Positions 9,821 through 19,625 of a DNA stretch of 64,000 bases are shown here, in pieces. Source of the stretch: Bdellovibrionales bacterium (lineage in GTDB: Bacteria; Bdellovibrionota; Bdellovibrionia; Bdellovibrionales; JAMPXM01); contig JAYUEN010000332.1 in NCBI GenBank assembly GCA_043739185.1, positions 112,194 to 176,193 on the forward strand, in the 5' to 3' direction. The notes below the pieces were generated by a model. The model did no database searches. It had not been told where the DNA came from and worked only from the letters and a program-made list of their open reading frames with translations. Both the position numbers and the translations under genes were made by a program. How positions within the stretch are numbered: the stretch's first letter is position 1; each line of letters starts with the position of its first letter.

Positions 9821-10705
9821 ATGTCAGTGCAAAAAAAATCAAATCATTTTCAACCGCGGAATATATGTATCATATATCGTCCGCAAACTGCTTTGGCTGT
9901 TGAAAAAGCAAGGCTTTTGGCAAAACATTTGGTCGCACGTAAATTTAAAGTTTTTTCTGCTCCCAAACAGAGTCTTGTAAGTGGCTGCATGCAGGTCTCA
10001 GCGCGGAGCTTAAAAAGCCTAGATTGGGTGATCGCTTTAGGTGGCGACGGTACCTATTTGAGCGCCGTGAAAATGCTCAAAGGCAACCACACTCCGATTT
10101 TGGGAGTGAATATGGGCTCTTTAGGATTTTTAACCTCGGTTAAAAGTAAGGATCTCTTCAAAGCTGTCGAGCTCACGCTTCAACACAAAATGGAATTTAG
10201 GCCACGAGCTCAATTGCATTTGACCATAAAACGAAACGGCAAAGTCCGAGACGAAATTATTGCTCTCAATGATGCTGTTGTTGAGCGCGGTCGCAGCGAG
10301 CATCTCATTGGCTTAGCGATTTATAGTCAAAAAGCTTTGGTATCAGAATACAAAGCCGATGCTTTGATTATTGCAACGCCAACTGGCTCGACCGCCTATA
10401 ATTTGGCGGCAGGTGGTCCTATTCTGCATCCGGATGTTAAAGCCGTGGTTTTGACACCTGTATGCCCGCATGCCCTAACGAGTCGTCCTCTTATATTTCC
10501 AGACGACCTACAGCTTTCACTTCGTCTTTTGCCCAAAAGTAAAAATGCTGCTTTGGTTGTCGATGGCACCAACTGTGGTGAACTGACCAATGAAGACGAA
10601 GTCGTTGTGGTAAGACATGACGTCAATCATTTTGTAATTCGTAATCCGGGACATAATTATTTTACTCTTTTGAGAGAAAAATTAAAATTTGGAGAAAGGT
10701 CTTAA
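9821..10705 (+). CDS. nadK: NAD kinase
   Basis: GGDGT, GVNMGSLGFL, ALND, ATPTGSTAYNLAAGGPI. Confidence 0.95.
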   Translation: MSVQKKSNHFQPRNICIIYRPQTALAVEKARLLAKHLVARKFKVFSAPKQSLVSGCMQVSARSLKSLDWVIALGGDGTYLSAVKMLKGNHTPILGVNMGSLGFLTSVKSKDLFKAVELTLQHKMEFRPRAQLHLTIKRNGKVRDEIIALNDAVVERGRSEHLIGLAIYSQKALVSEYKADALIIATPTGSTAYNLAAGGPILHPDVKAVVLTPVCPHALTSRPLIFPDDLQLSLRLLPKSKNAALVVDGTNCGELTNEDEVVVVRHDVNHFVIRNPGHNYFTLLREKLKFGERS

Positions 10706-10708
10706 AAT

Positions 10709-12403
10709 ATGCTTGTTGAACTTAAAGTAAGTCACTTTGCAATTATTGATAATATTCATATGAGTTTTGGACCAGGCCTCAATATTTTGAGTGGTGAAAC
10801 CGGCGCCGGAAAATCAATCTTGCTAAAGAGTCTGGGCCTGCTCATGGGCGAAAAAGCATTATCTGATTCCATTCGCGCTGGTCAGGATACGGCGACAATT
10901 GAAGGCGCCTTTGATCTCGCTAAAAGACCCGATATAAAAGAAAGAATGATCGCAATGGGCATTGAAGTACTCGACAATGAACTCATTGTTAAACGAATTG
11001 TTTCAAATCAAAATAAAAGCCGCATTTATCTCAATGGTAGTTTAAGCACACTTTCTTCCTTGCGAGACGTGGTTTCTCCTTTGGTTGAAGTCACCGGTCA
11101 AGCCGTTCCCCTGATCGAAATGACGGGCCAACATGACAACCGAAATTTGATTTCGCCACGCTACCATTTAGATCTTTTAGATCAATACAGTGGCGCCTGG
11201 AAGCTGAGAAATGAATATGAAACAAAATATTCAGAGTATCGAAATCTGCAAGATGAAGTTTTAGAACTCATTTCAAAAACTCGCGAAAAAAATCAACGTC
11301 TCGACTTTTTAATTTACCAACGTGATGAGATCGCAGCTCTTGATTTACGCTCCGGAGAAGAATCTTTAATTGAAGAAGAGACCAAGCGGCTGAAGTATTC
11401 ATCCCGCCTGACTGAGTTTGTCGAGCAGGCCGAACGCATGCTTTCAGAGGACGAGGATTCGGTCTCAAATAAGCTGCATTTTTTGATCGGACGCTCGCAT
11501 GAAATTAAAAAGCTTGATTCCTCATTGGCTGAAAAATTCGAAGTTCTTGAGCAAGTGAAAACACTGATCAATGAATTGGGCTTTGAGATTCGCGGCTATT
11601 CTCAAAAATTAGAGGCCGATCCCGAGCGACTTGAAGAGCTTGAGCAGCGCCTCAGTCGTTTGCGCGGCTTACAGAAAAAATATGGTTCCACCGCTGATGA
11701 AATTCTCAAGGCATTCAAATCAATTGAAGACGAAATCTCGACTCTTGAAAACTCCGAGACCGAAGTCGCCGCCAAACAAAAACTAATAGCTTCGTTAGAA
11801 GTAGAACTCAAAAAGTTGGCAATAGATCTTCATAAACGTCGAGTGAGTGCGGCCGAACTCTTGAGTCAAAGTGTAGGCGAAGAGCTTAAAGATCTGAATA
11901 TGAAGGGTGTGAGCTTTGCAGTTAAGGCCGAAAAGCTGAATGAGCTCACGTCAACTGGCTGTAGCTCAATTGAGTTTTGCACGCAAAACTCAAAATCTGA
12001 AGAGCCTAAGTCCCTATCTAAATTTGCAAGTGGTGGCGAGCTGAGCCGTATTCTGCTTGCCATCAAACGCGTTGTAGGCCACGCCAAATACCCAAGAACC
12101 TATCTTTTTGACGAGGTCGACGCTGGCGTGAGTGGGCCAACCGCCGAAAAGGTTGGACGCAAACTTAAATCAATTGCAAGCGGAAGCCAGGTTATTTGCA
12201 TTACCCATCTGCCACAAGTGGCCTGTTTTGGTGATATTCATTTTTATATTCAAAAGTCACAATTTAAAAAAGGCGTTCAAATGGAAGTAATCGAACTCAA
12301 AAGTAAAGAACGCATTGAAGAAATTGCGCGATTAATTTCAGGAGAAAAAATAACTAAAACCAGTCTGGCACATGCAGAACAGCTGTTGAGAGAAGTCCAA
12401 TAA
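10709..12403 (+). CDS. recN: DNA repair protein RecN
   Basis: SGETGAGKS Walker A, coiled coil, ASGGELSR, FDEVDAGVSG, ITHLPQVA; nadK-recN order. Confidence 0.96.
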   Translation: MLVELKVSHFAIIDNIHMSFGPGLNILSGETGAGKSILLKSLGLLMGEKALSDSIRAGQDTATIEGAFDLAKRPDIKERMIAMGIEVLDNELIVKRIVSNQNKSRIYLNGSLSTLSSLRDVVSPLVEVTGQAVPLIEMTGQHDNRNLISPRYHLDLLDQYSGAWKLRNEYETKYSEYRNLQDEVLELISKTREKNQRLDFLIYQRDEIAALDLRSGEESLIEEETKRLKYSSRLTEFVEQAERMLSEDEDSVSNKLHFLIGRSHEIKKLDSSLAEKFEVLEQVKTLINELGFEIRGYSQKLEADPERLEELEQRLSRLRGLQKKYGSTADEILKAFKSIEDEISTLENSETEVAAKQKLIASLEVELKKLAIDLHKRRVSAAELLSQSVGEELKDLNMKGVSFAVKAEKLNELTSTGCSSIEFCTQNSKSEEPKSLSKFASGGELSRILLAIKRVVGHAKYPRTYLFDEVDAGVSGPTAEKVGRKLKSIASGSQVICITHLPQVACFGDIHFYIQKSQFKKGVQMEVIELKSKERIEEIARLISGEKITKTSLAHAEQLLREVQ

Positions 12404-12410
12404 AATAAGT

Positions 12411-14561
12411 ATGACTGTAGAACATCAGAATTTTAAATTTTTTGGCATTTGTCCTTTTGTTTCGTCCGAAAATATTTTGGCCCGGCTGCAACTTGGCCTT
12501 TCGAAACAAGAGCTTGAACCCCAACAAATTGAAAATGAAATCGCTGATAAAATCGAGCGAAACTCTTTCATTTTGATTCCTAGTCACTTTTGGTGGCGTG
12601 AAGACTCTGAATCATTGCTTGAGCTTCTTACTCCTTATGCCCCGAAGATTGTCCTTCAATGTGGGCCTGGTTTTGAGCTGAGTGAAAAGCTAGAGTTGAT
12701 TGAACATGCATTGAACAAGGGTTTTAGATTGCAAATTGTCTGTCAAAAGAAGCTCTCTTACGCCCAAGAGAATCGTCTGCAGAGTATTTTGCAACATCGA
12801 GAACAAATTGAAATTAGCTTATTTGTCGAAGAGGCCGAAGAAGCTTTTGGCGATTTAAAATATTTTTGCGAAAACTTCTTAGATTTGCTGAATATTAGTT
12901 TAACCAAGTATTCGTTTGGGCTACTGGCTGAATTGGCCGAAGTGCAAACTGAATTTTCGCAGCTTAAGTTTTTAGATTTATCAAGAGAAAAGGCTATTAC
13001 CTATTCTCAAGCGATTGAAGGAACCCAGTACGCCAAATCTACCGCACTACTGAGAAGTTCGCGACCGAGAACTTCGGTGGTTTTTGCATTAAATATTCTC
13101 AGTTCCTTTATTTCTCTTATATTTCTACCAAGTTTTGAAAAGATTAAACGCTTTCGAACAAAAGTAAAAGGCGATCTTCAAATTCTTTGGGGTTTTTTAG
13201 TTACCATTTGGAGCAAATCATACTGGCCATCCCGGTCCGTTTGCATTGAGCTTTATTGGCAATTTATTCGATCGTTTACGAAAACTTATTGGGTGAATCG
13301 CTCTGTTTTTTCAAACTTGATCTGGTTTTCAAAGCGATTCATTTTAAGTATTTGGTGGCATTCTCAGGCCATTGGTACTAAATCCTATTGGCTCACTCGA
13401 CAAATGACCTCGCGAAGCTATTGGACACTATGGAGTCTCAATTCCGATAGCAAAGCGTTTATGAAGGTTTGGGCCTCAAGATCTTATTGGACGCTCAATC
13501 GTTTGGGCTCAATTTCCTATTGGAAGATGCGAGAGCTTATTTCAAACTTCATGGGTCTCTTGAAATACCTAGCGACTAAACTGTTTTGGATATTTGCAAA
13601 ACCATTTATCATGGCCTACTGGGCTATTAGGAGAGGCTACTATAATTTATTGGTAGCCTTAGAATGTATGGTCACAAAATCTTACTGGCATTTGCGAAGT
13701 TTCATTTCAAATGCTCAGGGGATGACAAACTACATCGGCACCATACTATATTGGACAGTGATTAGAACTTCCACACAGGCCTATTGGCCCTTAAGGGCAT
13801 TTTTCTTGAATTCTTACGGCCAATCGAAAAAATGCCTTATTGTGAGTTTTTGGCGACTCGCAAATTTATCTTCAAAAACTTTTTGGATGTTTTTTTCGAA
13901 AATTGAAAATTTGAATTATTTTCTGAGAGGTGGTCGCGGAGCCTCAGAAAAATTGGCGGTTCTGACTTTTTGGAGCATCCGAAGGAACATTACCAATTAC
14001 TACTGGCCAGTTTATAATAAGTTTACAAAATTTGGCGGTTTTTTGAGAAATTTGAGGGGCATTGTTACCAAGTTTTTAGTTTTTTCTTTTTGGTGTATTG
14101 TGCGTTTTGCCAACAAGACTTACTGGCTTTTTCGAGAGACATTTTCAAATTTCACGGGCTCCTTAAAGAGACTGCAGGGGCTCACTGTTAAATTTGCCGT
14201 CTTCACATTCTGGTTTTCTATGCGCTTTGCTAGTAAGATCTACTGGATTTTTCGAAGCTCTCTTTCAAATTTTGCGGGCGCCTTAAAGAGAATACAGGGC
14301 TTAATTGCTAAATTTGCAATCTTCAGTTTTTGGTCTGGAGTCCGACTTTCAAATAGAGTTTACTGGGAGCTTCGGAGTCATTTTTTGCTTATGGTCGGAA
14401 TCGCAAAAAAGTTTTTAATTGTCGGCTTCTATTGGATTTGGAAATGCCCTTTCTGGCCACTTCGTAAATTAAGTTGGATTCTTAGCTCCGAGCTACAAAG
14501 ACGAATGCCAAAGATTTTTGGCTTAGAATTAGGTAGAAGATCAACGCGAAAAAATATTTAA
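12411..14561 (+). CDS. Hypothetical protein with acidic N-terminal domain and basic Trp-periodic (11-residue) amphipathic repeat region
   Basis: 716-aa ORF starting 7 bp after recN; [YF]W at 11/22/29-residue spacings. Confidence 0.75.
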   Translation: MTVEHQNFKFFGICPFVSSENILARLQLGLSKQELEPQQIENEIADKIERNSFILIPSHFWWREDSESLLELLTPYAPKIVLQCGPGFELSEKLELIEHALNKGFRLQIVCQKKLSYAQENRLQSILQHREQIEISLFVEEAEEAFGDLKYFCENFLDLLNISLTKYSFGLLAELAEVQTEFSQLKFLDLSREKAITYSQAIEGTQYAKSTALLRSSRPRTSVVFALNILSSFISLIFLPSFEKIKRFRTKVKGDLQILWGFLVTIWSKSYWPSRSVCIELYWQFIRSFTKTYWVNRSVFSNLIWFSKRFILSIWWHSQAIGTKSYWLTRQMTSRSYWTLWSLNSDSKAFMKVWASRSYWTLNRLGSISYWKMRELISNFMGLLKYLATKLFWIFAKPFIMAYWAIRRGYYNLLVALECMVTKSYWHLRSFISNAQGMTNYIGTILYWTVIRTSTQAYWPLRAFFLNSYGQSKKCLIVSFWRLANLSSKTFWMFFSKIENLNYFLRGGRGASEKLAVLTFWSIRRNITNYYWPVYNKFTKFGGFLRNLRGIVTKFLVFSFWCIVRFANKTYWLFRETFSNFTGSLKRLQGLTVKFAVFTFWFSMRFASKIYWIFRSSLSNFAGALKRIQGLIAKFAIFSFWSGVRLSNRVYWELRSHFLLMVGIAKKFLIVGFYWIWKCPFWPLRKLSWILSSELQRRMPKIFGLELGRRSTRKNI
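13861..14400 (+). repeat. Degenerate 120-bp (40-aa) tandem repeat, about 4.5 units, inside the Trp-repeat gene
   Basis: 14101-14220 and 14221-14340 align without gaps (tgcg.tttgc, tactgg.tttttcga, tttcaaattt, ccttaaagaga, aaatttgc); weaker units at 13861, 13981, 14341. Confidence 0.8.
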
Positions 14562-15328
14562 AGTTCCCATTGCCCTTCCGCATTGAGACGCGCAAATCGT
14601 GCCTTAGCTTCATCAATGACAAAGCATTCAGGGTGATCAAACCAAGCTCCAAGATTGATGCTCCTAACTGGCCGTCCCTCTTTCAATAAACTCTGATCAT
14701 CACGGACATGAACATGCCCACTGATAATTAGATCTAAATTAGGATCCGAAATTCTCAAAAGGTGTTGTCTTAGCAACTCCCTAATCTTTTCTTCGCGCAA
14801 ACTTTTGGCCGTCGAAGTGTATTCTCTGCTAGCCAAACTCGCGCGCGTGCCAATCCATTTGACCACCACTCCCGGAAGTTTTTTTGCGAGAAAAGGAATG
14901 GGTTCAGTGCGCAGAAGGCGATATAAAAAAAGATAGCCTTTATCTTCGGGATTGATCAGATCACCGTGCTCGACTCTTACTCGCAGCTTTCCCAAATTAA
15001 AGACTTCGGCTCGCGTATGAACTTGAACGCCTATCTCTTTCTGCCAAAAATCCGTAAGGAAAAGATCGTGGTTACCTTCAAAATAATGTATAGATAAGTT
15101 TTTTTCTTTGAGCCGCTTGAGCTGATCAACTATGGCCTGAAATTTTTGAATAAAGAAGCTATGCGAACCTATCCACAAATCAAAGATGTCTCCGACTAAA
15201 AAAAGATGGGTCGCCGGATCTAAACTATCCATTGATTTTTCAATTTGAAATAAAAAACCGAGTAGGGTTTTGCTACTCGGTTCGTCAGGTTCTTTGAGGT
15301 GAATGTCTGAGACAAAAAATGCTTTCAT
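14558..15328 (-). CDS. lpxH: UDP-2,3-diacylglucosamine diphosphatase (metallophosphoesterase)
   Basis: SDIH, GDIFD, EGNHD, EHGD, SGHVH, NLGAW. Confidence 0.85.
   Translation of the reverse strand: MKAFFVSDIHLKEPDEPSSKTLLGFLFQIEKSMDSLDPATHLFLVGDIFDLWIGSHSFFIQKFQAIVDQLKRLKEKNLSIHYFEGNHDLFLTDFWQKEIGVQVHTRAEVFNLGKLRVRVEHGDLINPEDKGYLFLYRLLRTEPIPFLAKKLPGVVVKWIGTRASLASREYTSTAKSLREEKIRELLRQHLLRISDPNLDLIISGHVHVRDDQSLLKEGRPVRSINLGAWFDHPECFVIDEAKARFARLNAEGQWEL
15248..15282 (-). terminator. Intrinsic terminator-like hairpin downstream of ftsZ, inside the lpxH 5' coding region
   Basis: Minus strand AACCGAGTAG-caaaacc-CTACTCGG followed by TTTTTTATTT. Confidence 0.55.
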
Positions 15329-15348
15329 TTTTGAAAGCTTAACTCAAA

Positions 15349-16989
15349 TTAGCCGATGCTTCCATCAATCTCGTCGGGTTTTTTGCGTCTTAAAAAAGTC
15401 GGAACTTCTAAATTGCGATTTTCAAAAGGAGAATTCGCCATCTCACTCGCTAGTCTGCGAGCAAGCTCTAGGGGATCGCCATTTTCAACGTCCATCGACA
15501 ATTGCTCAGGCGCTCCTGTTTTAAATCTTTGGGCCTGGCTCTCCCGATAAGCTTTTGCTTTTGCTAGGAGCGCTTCTCTTGGGAGTGGTTTTGCCAAAGC
15601 TCCACTTGCTTCTGGAGCTTGAGGAGCTTCATGATTTTGTCTTGTTGCAGGAGCATTTTGCTCCGGAATCCCCCCGGAATACCCGCCGACCCCATGGACT
15701 GGACTGGCCGCCACCTGTTGCTCAGGTGAATAAATCGGCTGCGCCTGTGTTGGTGCATAAGACGCCATTTGCTGCGCGTGCATTTGTTGCGCCGTTGGGT
15801 ATTGCATATTTGGCTGCCCCATTGGTGAGGCCATTTGAGGAGCCATCATTTGAGATTGTACTTGTTGATGCTGCATATTTGGGGCCGGATATCCCAATTG
15901 AGATGGTTGCTGAGGCTGCTGGTTCGGCATATATTGATGAGCATTGGCCAAATGATTCATTTGCTGTGAAGAGCGCATTTGATGAGCCAAAGCTTGCATC
16001 TGTTGACTGTCGAATGCTCCCATTTGAGCATTGTCTTTGCCAAAGCCGGTTGCAATAACGGTAACTTGAATTTCGTCTCCCATTGCCTCATCGATAACGG
16101 CACCAAAAATAATTTCAGCATCTTCATGAGCGGCTTCGGTAATGAGCGTGCTCGCTTCGTTTACTTCCATGAGACTGAGTTCGCGTCCGCCAGTCACATT
16201 GATGATAATTCCGGTTGCGCCCTCGATCGAAACATTTTCAAGAAGCGGAGAGGAAATAGAGGCCGTCGCTGCTTCAACTGCGCGATTTTCACCACGAGCT
16301 CGTCCCGCTCCCATAATTGCCATGCCCTTAGATGACATAACCGTGCGAATATCTGCAAAGTCGAGATTGATAAGACCGCGAATATTAATGAGATCTGAAA
16401 TACCTTTTACTGCGTGAAGCAAAACTTCATCGGCTTTCTTAAAAGTTTCAAGTAGTGGAGTTTGAGAATTTGAAATCGAAAGCAATTTTTGATTTGGAAT
16501 CACGATCAGAGTATCAACATTTTCCTTTAACTCTTGAATGCCACCGTCGGCGTGGCGCATGCGTTTTTTACCTTCAAACGAAAATGGTCTGGTGACCACA
16601 CCTATCGTAAGAGCTCCAAGCTCCCGAGCAATTTTTGCTACGATGGGTGCGCCGCCCGTTCCGGTTCCGCCGCCCATTCCTGCGGTTACAAAAACCATGT
16701 CTGCACCTTCAAGTGCTTCGACGATATCATTATAAGATTCGATGGCGGCACGTTTGCCGATTTCAGGATTTGCACCAGCGCCCAAACCCTTGGTGAGCTC
16801 TTTTCCAAGTTGAATTTTTTGCGAAGCTTTGTGAGCCGCTAGTGCCTGACGATCCGTATTCGCCACGATGAATTCGACACCAGTTAGACCACCGTCAATC
16901 ATGGTGAGTACAGCGTTGTTTCCCCCGCCCCCGATACCCACTACTTTGATATTCGCGCCGATATTGACGTTTTCTTCTAGTTCAAACAT
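15349..16989 (-). CDS. ftsZ: Cell division GTPase FtsZ with long Gln/Met/Pro-rich linker
   Basis: [31 protein letters not shown]-terminal LEVPTFLRR. Confidence 0.98.
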   Translation of the reverse strand: MFELEENVNIGANIKVVGIGGGGNNAVLTMIDGGLTGVEFIVANTDRQALAAHKASQKIQLGKELTKGLGAGANPEIGKRAAIESYNDIVEALEGADMVFVTAGMGGGTGTGGAPIVAKIARELGALTIGVVTRPFSFEGKKRMRHADGGIQELKENVDTLIVIPNQKLLSISNSQTPLLETFKKADEVLLHAVKGISDLINIRGLINLDFADIRTVMSSKGMAIMGAGRARGENRAVEAATASISSPLLENVSIEGATGIIINVTGGRELSLMEVNEASTLITEAAHEDAEIIFGAVIDEAMGDEIQVTVIATGFGKDNAQMGAFDSQQMQALAHQMRSSQQMNHLANAHQYMPNQQPQQPSQLGYPAPNMQHQQVQSQMMAPQMASPMGQPNMQYPTAQQMHAQQMASYAPTQAQPIYSPEQQVAASPVHGVGGYSGGIPEQNAPATRQNHEAPQAPEASGALAKPLPREALLAKAKAYRESQAQRFKTGAPEQLSMDVENGDPLELARRLASEMANSPFENRNLEVPTFLRRKKPDEIDGSIG

Positions 16990-17008
16990 TTATCCTCCTA
17001 GGGCTCGC

Positions 17009-18376
17009 CTAATTTTTTAAAAGCTCTCCAAAAAAATCTTTCATTTTAGAACTGAATCCAGAAATGAACTCCTGCATTCCGGTTTCAATTTCTGGAGATA
17101 TATTTATTTTTTCTTTTTCTAATCCGTACATTAGTAATCCGACCGCGGTTGCATAACTTGGCGAGCGCACGACGTCGACCAGTCCGCCCACTTTAAGTGG
17201 CAAACCTTTTCGAACTGGCATATCAAATACAAATTCACCCATTTCAACAAGAGCCTCGAGATCGGCTCCGCCGCCAGTGAGTACCACGCCTGAACCTAGC
17301 TGTTGTGATAGTCCGCTGGCCAAAATATCTTGATAGATTAATAGCATGGTCTCTTCAGCCCGGGCCTCAATAATTTGCCCAAGTTCGCGTCGTAAAATAC
17401 TACGCGGATTGCGACCACCGACACCATCGACTTCAATCATTTCTTTTTCATCAATAAATTCGGCAATTGCTGCACCAAACTTTTTCTTTAAAAGTTCGGC
17501 ATTTGCAAAAGGAGTGCGTAAGCCCATTGAGAGGTCTTGAGTAAACTGCATTCCGCCAACCGGAACGAGCCCGGTATAACCGACACTGCCATTTGCGTAA
17601 ACAATGACATCACTTGTGCCGCCACCAATATCTACGACAACTGCGCCAAGTTTTTTTTCATCTTCACTTAAAACTGCAAGTGCGCTTGCGAATTGTTGAA
17701 GAACTAAACTCTTAACTTTTAATCCGGCTTTTTCTGTACACTTCAAAGCATTCTGCAATGATGTTCTGCCTGCTGTGATGATATGAACATTGGCTTCAAG
17801 TCTGACCCCTGTCATACCAATGGGATCAAATATTCCCTCTTGATCATCGAGTTTAAATTCTCTTGGCAAAACATGCAAAACTTCACGATCCGCAGGTACA
17901 ACAACCGCTTTCGCGGCTTCGATAACACGCGTGACGTCTTCAGGTCGCACTTCTTTATTTCGAATCGCGACCATTCCTTTAGAATCAAAACTTTTAATAT
18001 GTGTGCCGCCAATTGAAACATAAACTTCATCGACGACTTCGCCGGCCATGAGCTCAGCTTCTTCACGTGCTCTGCGAATCGACTCAATAGTGGCCTCGAC
18101 ATTCACCACGGCACCTTGACGAATTCCGTGGCTGGGAGCTGAGCCCAAGCCAACGATATTCATATTCCAATCGTGTAGTGAGCCAATGCTATTGTTCGCG
18201 GTTTGCGCGCCTGATCTTAAGTTCGAAGCAACTGCTTTCGCATTCTGATTTTTTTCTTCGTAAACATTTGCCGGCGCCCAGGGACTTTGAATAGAGCCAA
18301 TAACAAAAGTAATTTTACTGGTTCCGATATCAAGACCGGCGATGAACTTTGATTTTTTTTGCGATGTTTTACTCAT
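17009..18376 (-). CDS. ftsA: Cell division protein FtsA
   Basis: GLDIGTSKI, VVDIGGGTS, VLTGGGA, YATAVGL. Confidence 0.96.
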   Translation of the reverse strand: MSKTSQKKSKFIAGLDIGTSKITFVIGSIQSPWAPANVYEEKNQNAKAVASNLRSGAQTANNSIGSLHDWNMNIVGLGSAPSHGIRQGAVVNVEATIESIRRAREEAELMAGEVVDEVYVSIGGTHIKSFDSKGMVAIRNKEVRPEDVTRVIEAAKAVVVPADREVLHVLPREFKLDDQEGIFDPIGMTGVRLEANVHIITAGRTSLQNALKCTEKAGLKVKSLVLQQFASALAVLSEDEKKLGAVVVDIGGGTSDVIVYANGSVGYTGLVPVGGMQFTQDLSMGLRTPFANAELLKKKFGAAIAEFIDEKEMIEVDGVGGRNPRSILRRELGQIIEARAEETMLLIYQDILASGLSQQLGSGVVLTGGGADLEALVEMGEFVFDMPVRKGLPLKVGGLVDVVRSPSYATAVGLLMYGLEKEKINISPEIETGMQEFISGFSSKMKDFFGELLKN

Positions 18377-18577
18377 CCTTAATTCATCCTAAAATTCATC
18401 CGTGAACTTTTAAAAGCGAGACTTCAAAAAATTTCGAAACTTGAAAGGCTTTTTTGACCAAGGTCGCTTTTGTCTGCACGTCTAGTTGTTCATTCATTCG
18501 AGCTTATTTATATTGTCCTTTACGCAATCCATTTGCATTGAAGACAAAAGTCCGATGCGATCGGACCTAACTTAAGG

Positions 18578-19339
18578 CTACGAACCCTTACGCAGTCTGA
18601 CAAGAACTTTCTTTGAGAATCGAGCATCGATGACGCGGCCATTCAATTGGTTGCTGTTGAGATATTCAATCACTTGTGCAACTCGGGCCGCTTTGATTGC
18701 GGCATGATCCGCACTCATTTTGACAATACTTTTACTTGGTAAAATTAATAAATTGAAATTTTCATCCTTCGTATACGAAATTTCTGCAATATTTTTTGGA
18801 GAGAGCTCTGAATTATCCGCAACATCTTTTAAAAAATTCACTGCGAGTTTTCGCAGGCTCAAATTCTTAAAAAAGTTTTCACCCTTCAAAACAGGAAGCT
18901 CTGGCAAATACGAAATCTGAACCTGTGAGAGAATTTGACCATTTTCAGAAACACCAAAAACGCCAGTCCCATAGGCGATCAATGCAATCGGCATTTCAAT
19001 TTCTAAAGAAAGACTAATTTGATTAGGAAATCGTCTTGAAATCGCAACCATTTTAAACCAATTGTTTTGCATTAGGCTTGATCGAAGTGATGCAATATCA
19101 ATCTGCCAAATTTCTTTCTCAATTTCTAAACCCAATCGTTCACTTGCACTTTTTTGTAAATATTCACACAGAAGTTTTTGCGCCAGGCAATACTCTTTTG
19201 TTTGATCTGTCCACTCAATGTGAATGGCTTCGATTGAGAATATTTTCTTATCTAAACGAAAAGTCAAAAAGGCTGAAGAAAGGAGTGCGACAAAAATCAC
19301 AACGAGGCTGGCAATTTTGAAAAACTTATTTGTTTTCAC
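18578..19339 (-). CDS. ftsQ: Cell division protein FtsQ/DivIB
   Basis: N-terminal TM, POTRA-like W..V.ISRRFPN, C-terminal IDARF; directly upstream of ftsA. Confidence 0.85.
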   Translation of the reverse strand: MKTNKFFKIASLVVIFVALLSSAFLTFRLDKKIFSIEAIHIEWTDQTKEYCLAQKLLCEYLQKSASERLGLEIEKEIWQIDIASLRSSLMQNNWFKMVAISRRFPNQISLSLEIEMPIALIAYGTGVFGVSENGQILSQVQISYLPELPVLKGENFFKNLSLRKLAVNFLKDVADNSELSPKNIAEISYTKDENFNLLILPSKSIVKMSADHAAIKAARVAQVIEYLNSNQLNGRVIDARFSKKVLVRLRKGS

Positions 19340-19539
19340 GTTTTCATCTTAGCTTTAAACTTTGCTTTTATACAGACTTGTTGCGGGCCCTAGGCTTTTG
19401 GCCAAGCCGCTCTTCTTAAAAACTAGCCAAAGATCTATGATAAAACTACAGGGGCAGGCACCCCGGTTTAGCTAATCCCGGCGCAGTGGAACCTTTTCCC
19501 CCAACAAGACGTTGGTATGCGGCAGCAAGTAGTTCGAAA

Positions 19540-19599
19540 CCAGAGACTGAAACTGCCAAACGGCTAACCGCCGCGGCTGCCACGAAAACTGATTTGAAT
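19540..19599 (+). repeat. Dispersed 60-bp intergenic repeat, copy B
   Basis: ccagagactgaaactgccaaacggctaaccgccgcggctgccacgaaaactgatttgaat; 56/60 identical to copy A. Confidence 0.9.
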
Positions 19600-19625
19600 T
19601 TTAAAACTCAGCCCAAACTCATCGT

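Noticed and set aside
12411..14561. Trp-repeat gene as a prophage tape-measure gene
   Set aside because: No tail, capsid or integrase genes nearby; only the periodicity is shared
15356..16842. Numerous short antisense or overlapping ORFs in the track (for example opposite ftsZ)
   Set aside because: Shadow frames of well-supported genes with no motifs
19448..19495. Partial resemblance to a TPP riboswitch 3' half (taatcccggcgcagtggaa) with a small GGGG/CCCC stem
   Set aside because: Lacks the GCUGAGA and CCUGAU cores, lies opposite to the flanking genes, and no thiamine gene is adjacent
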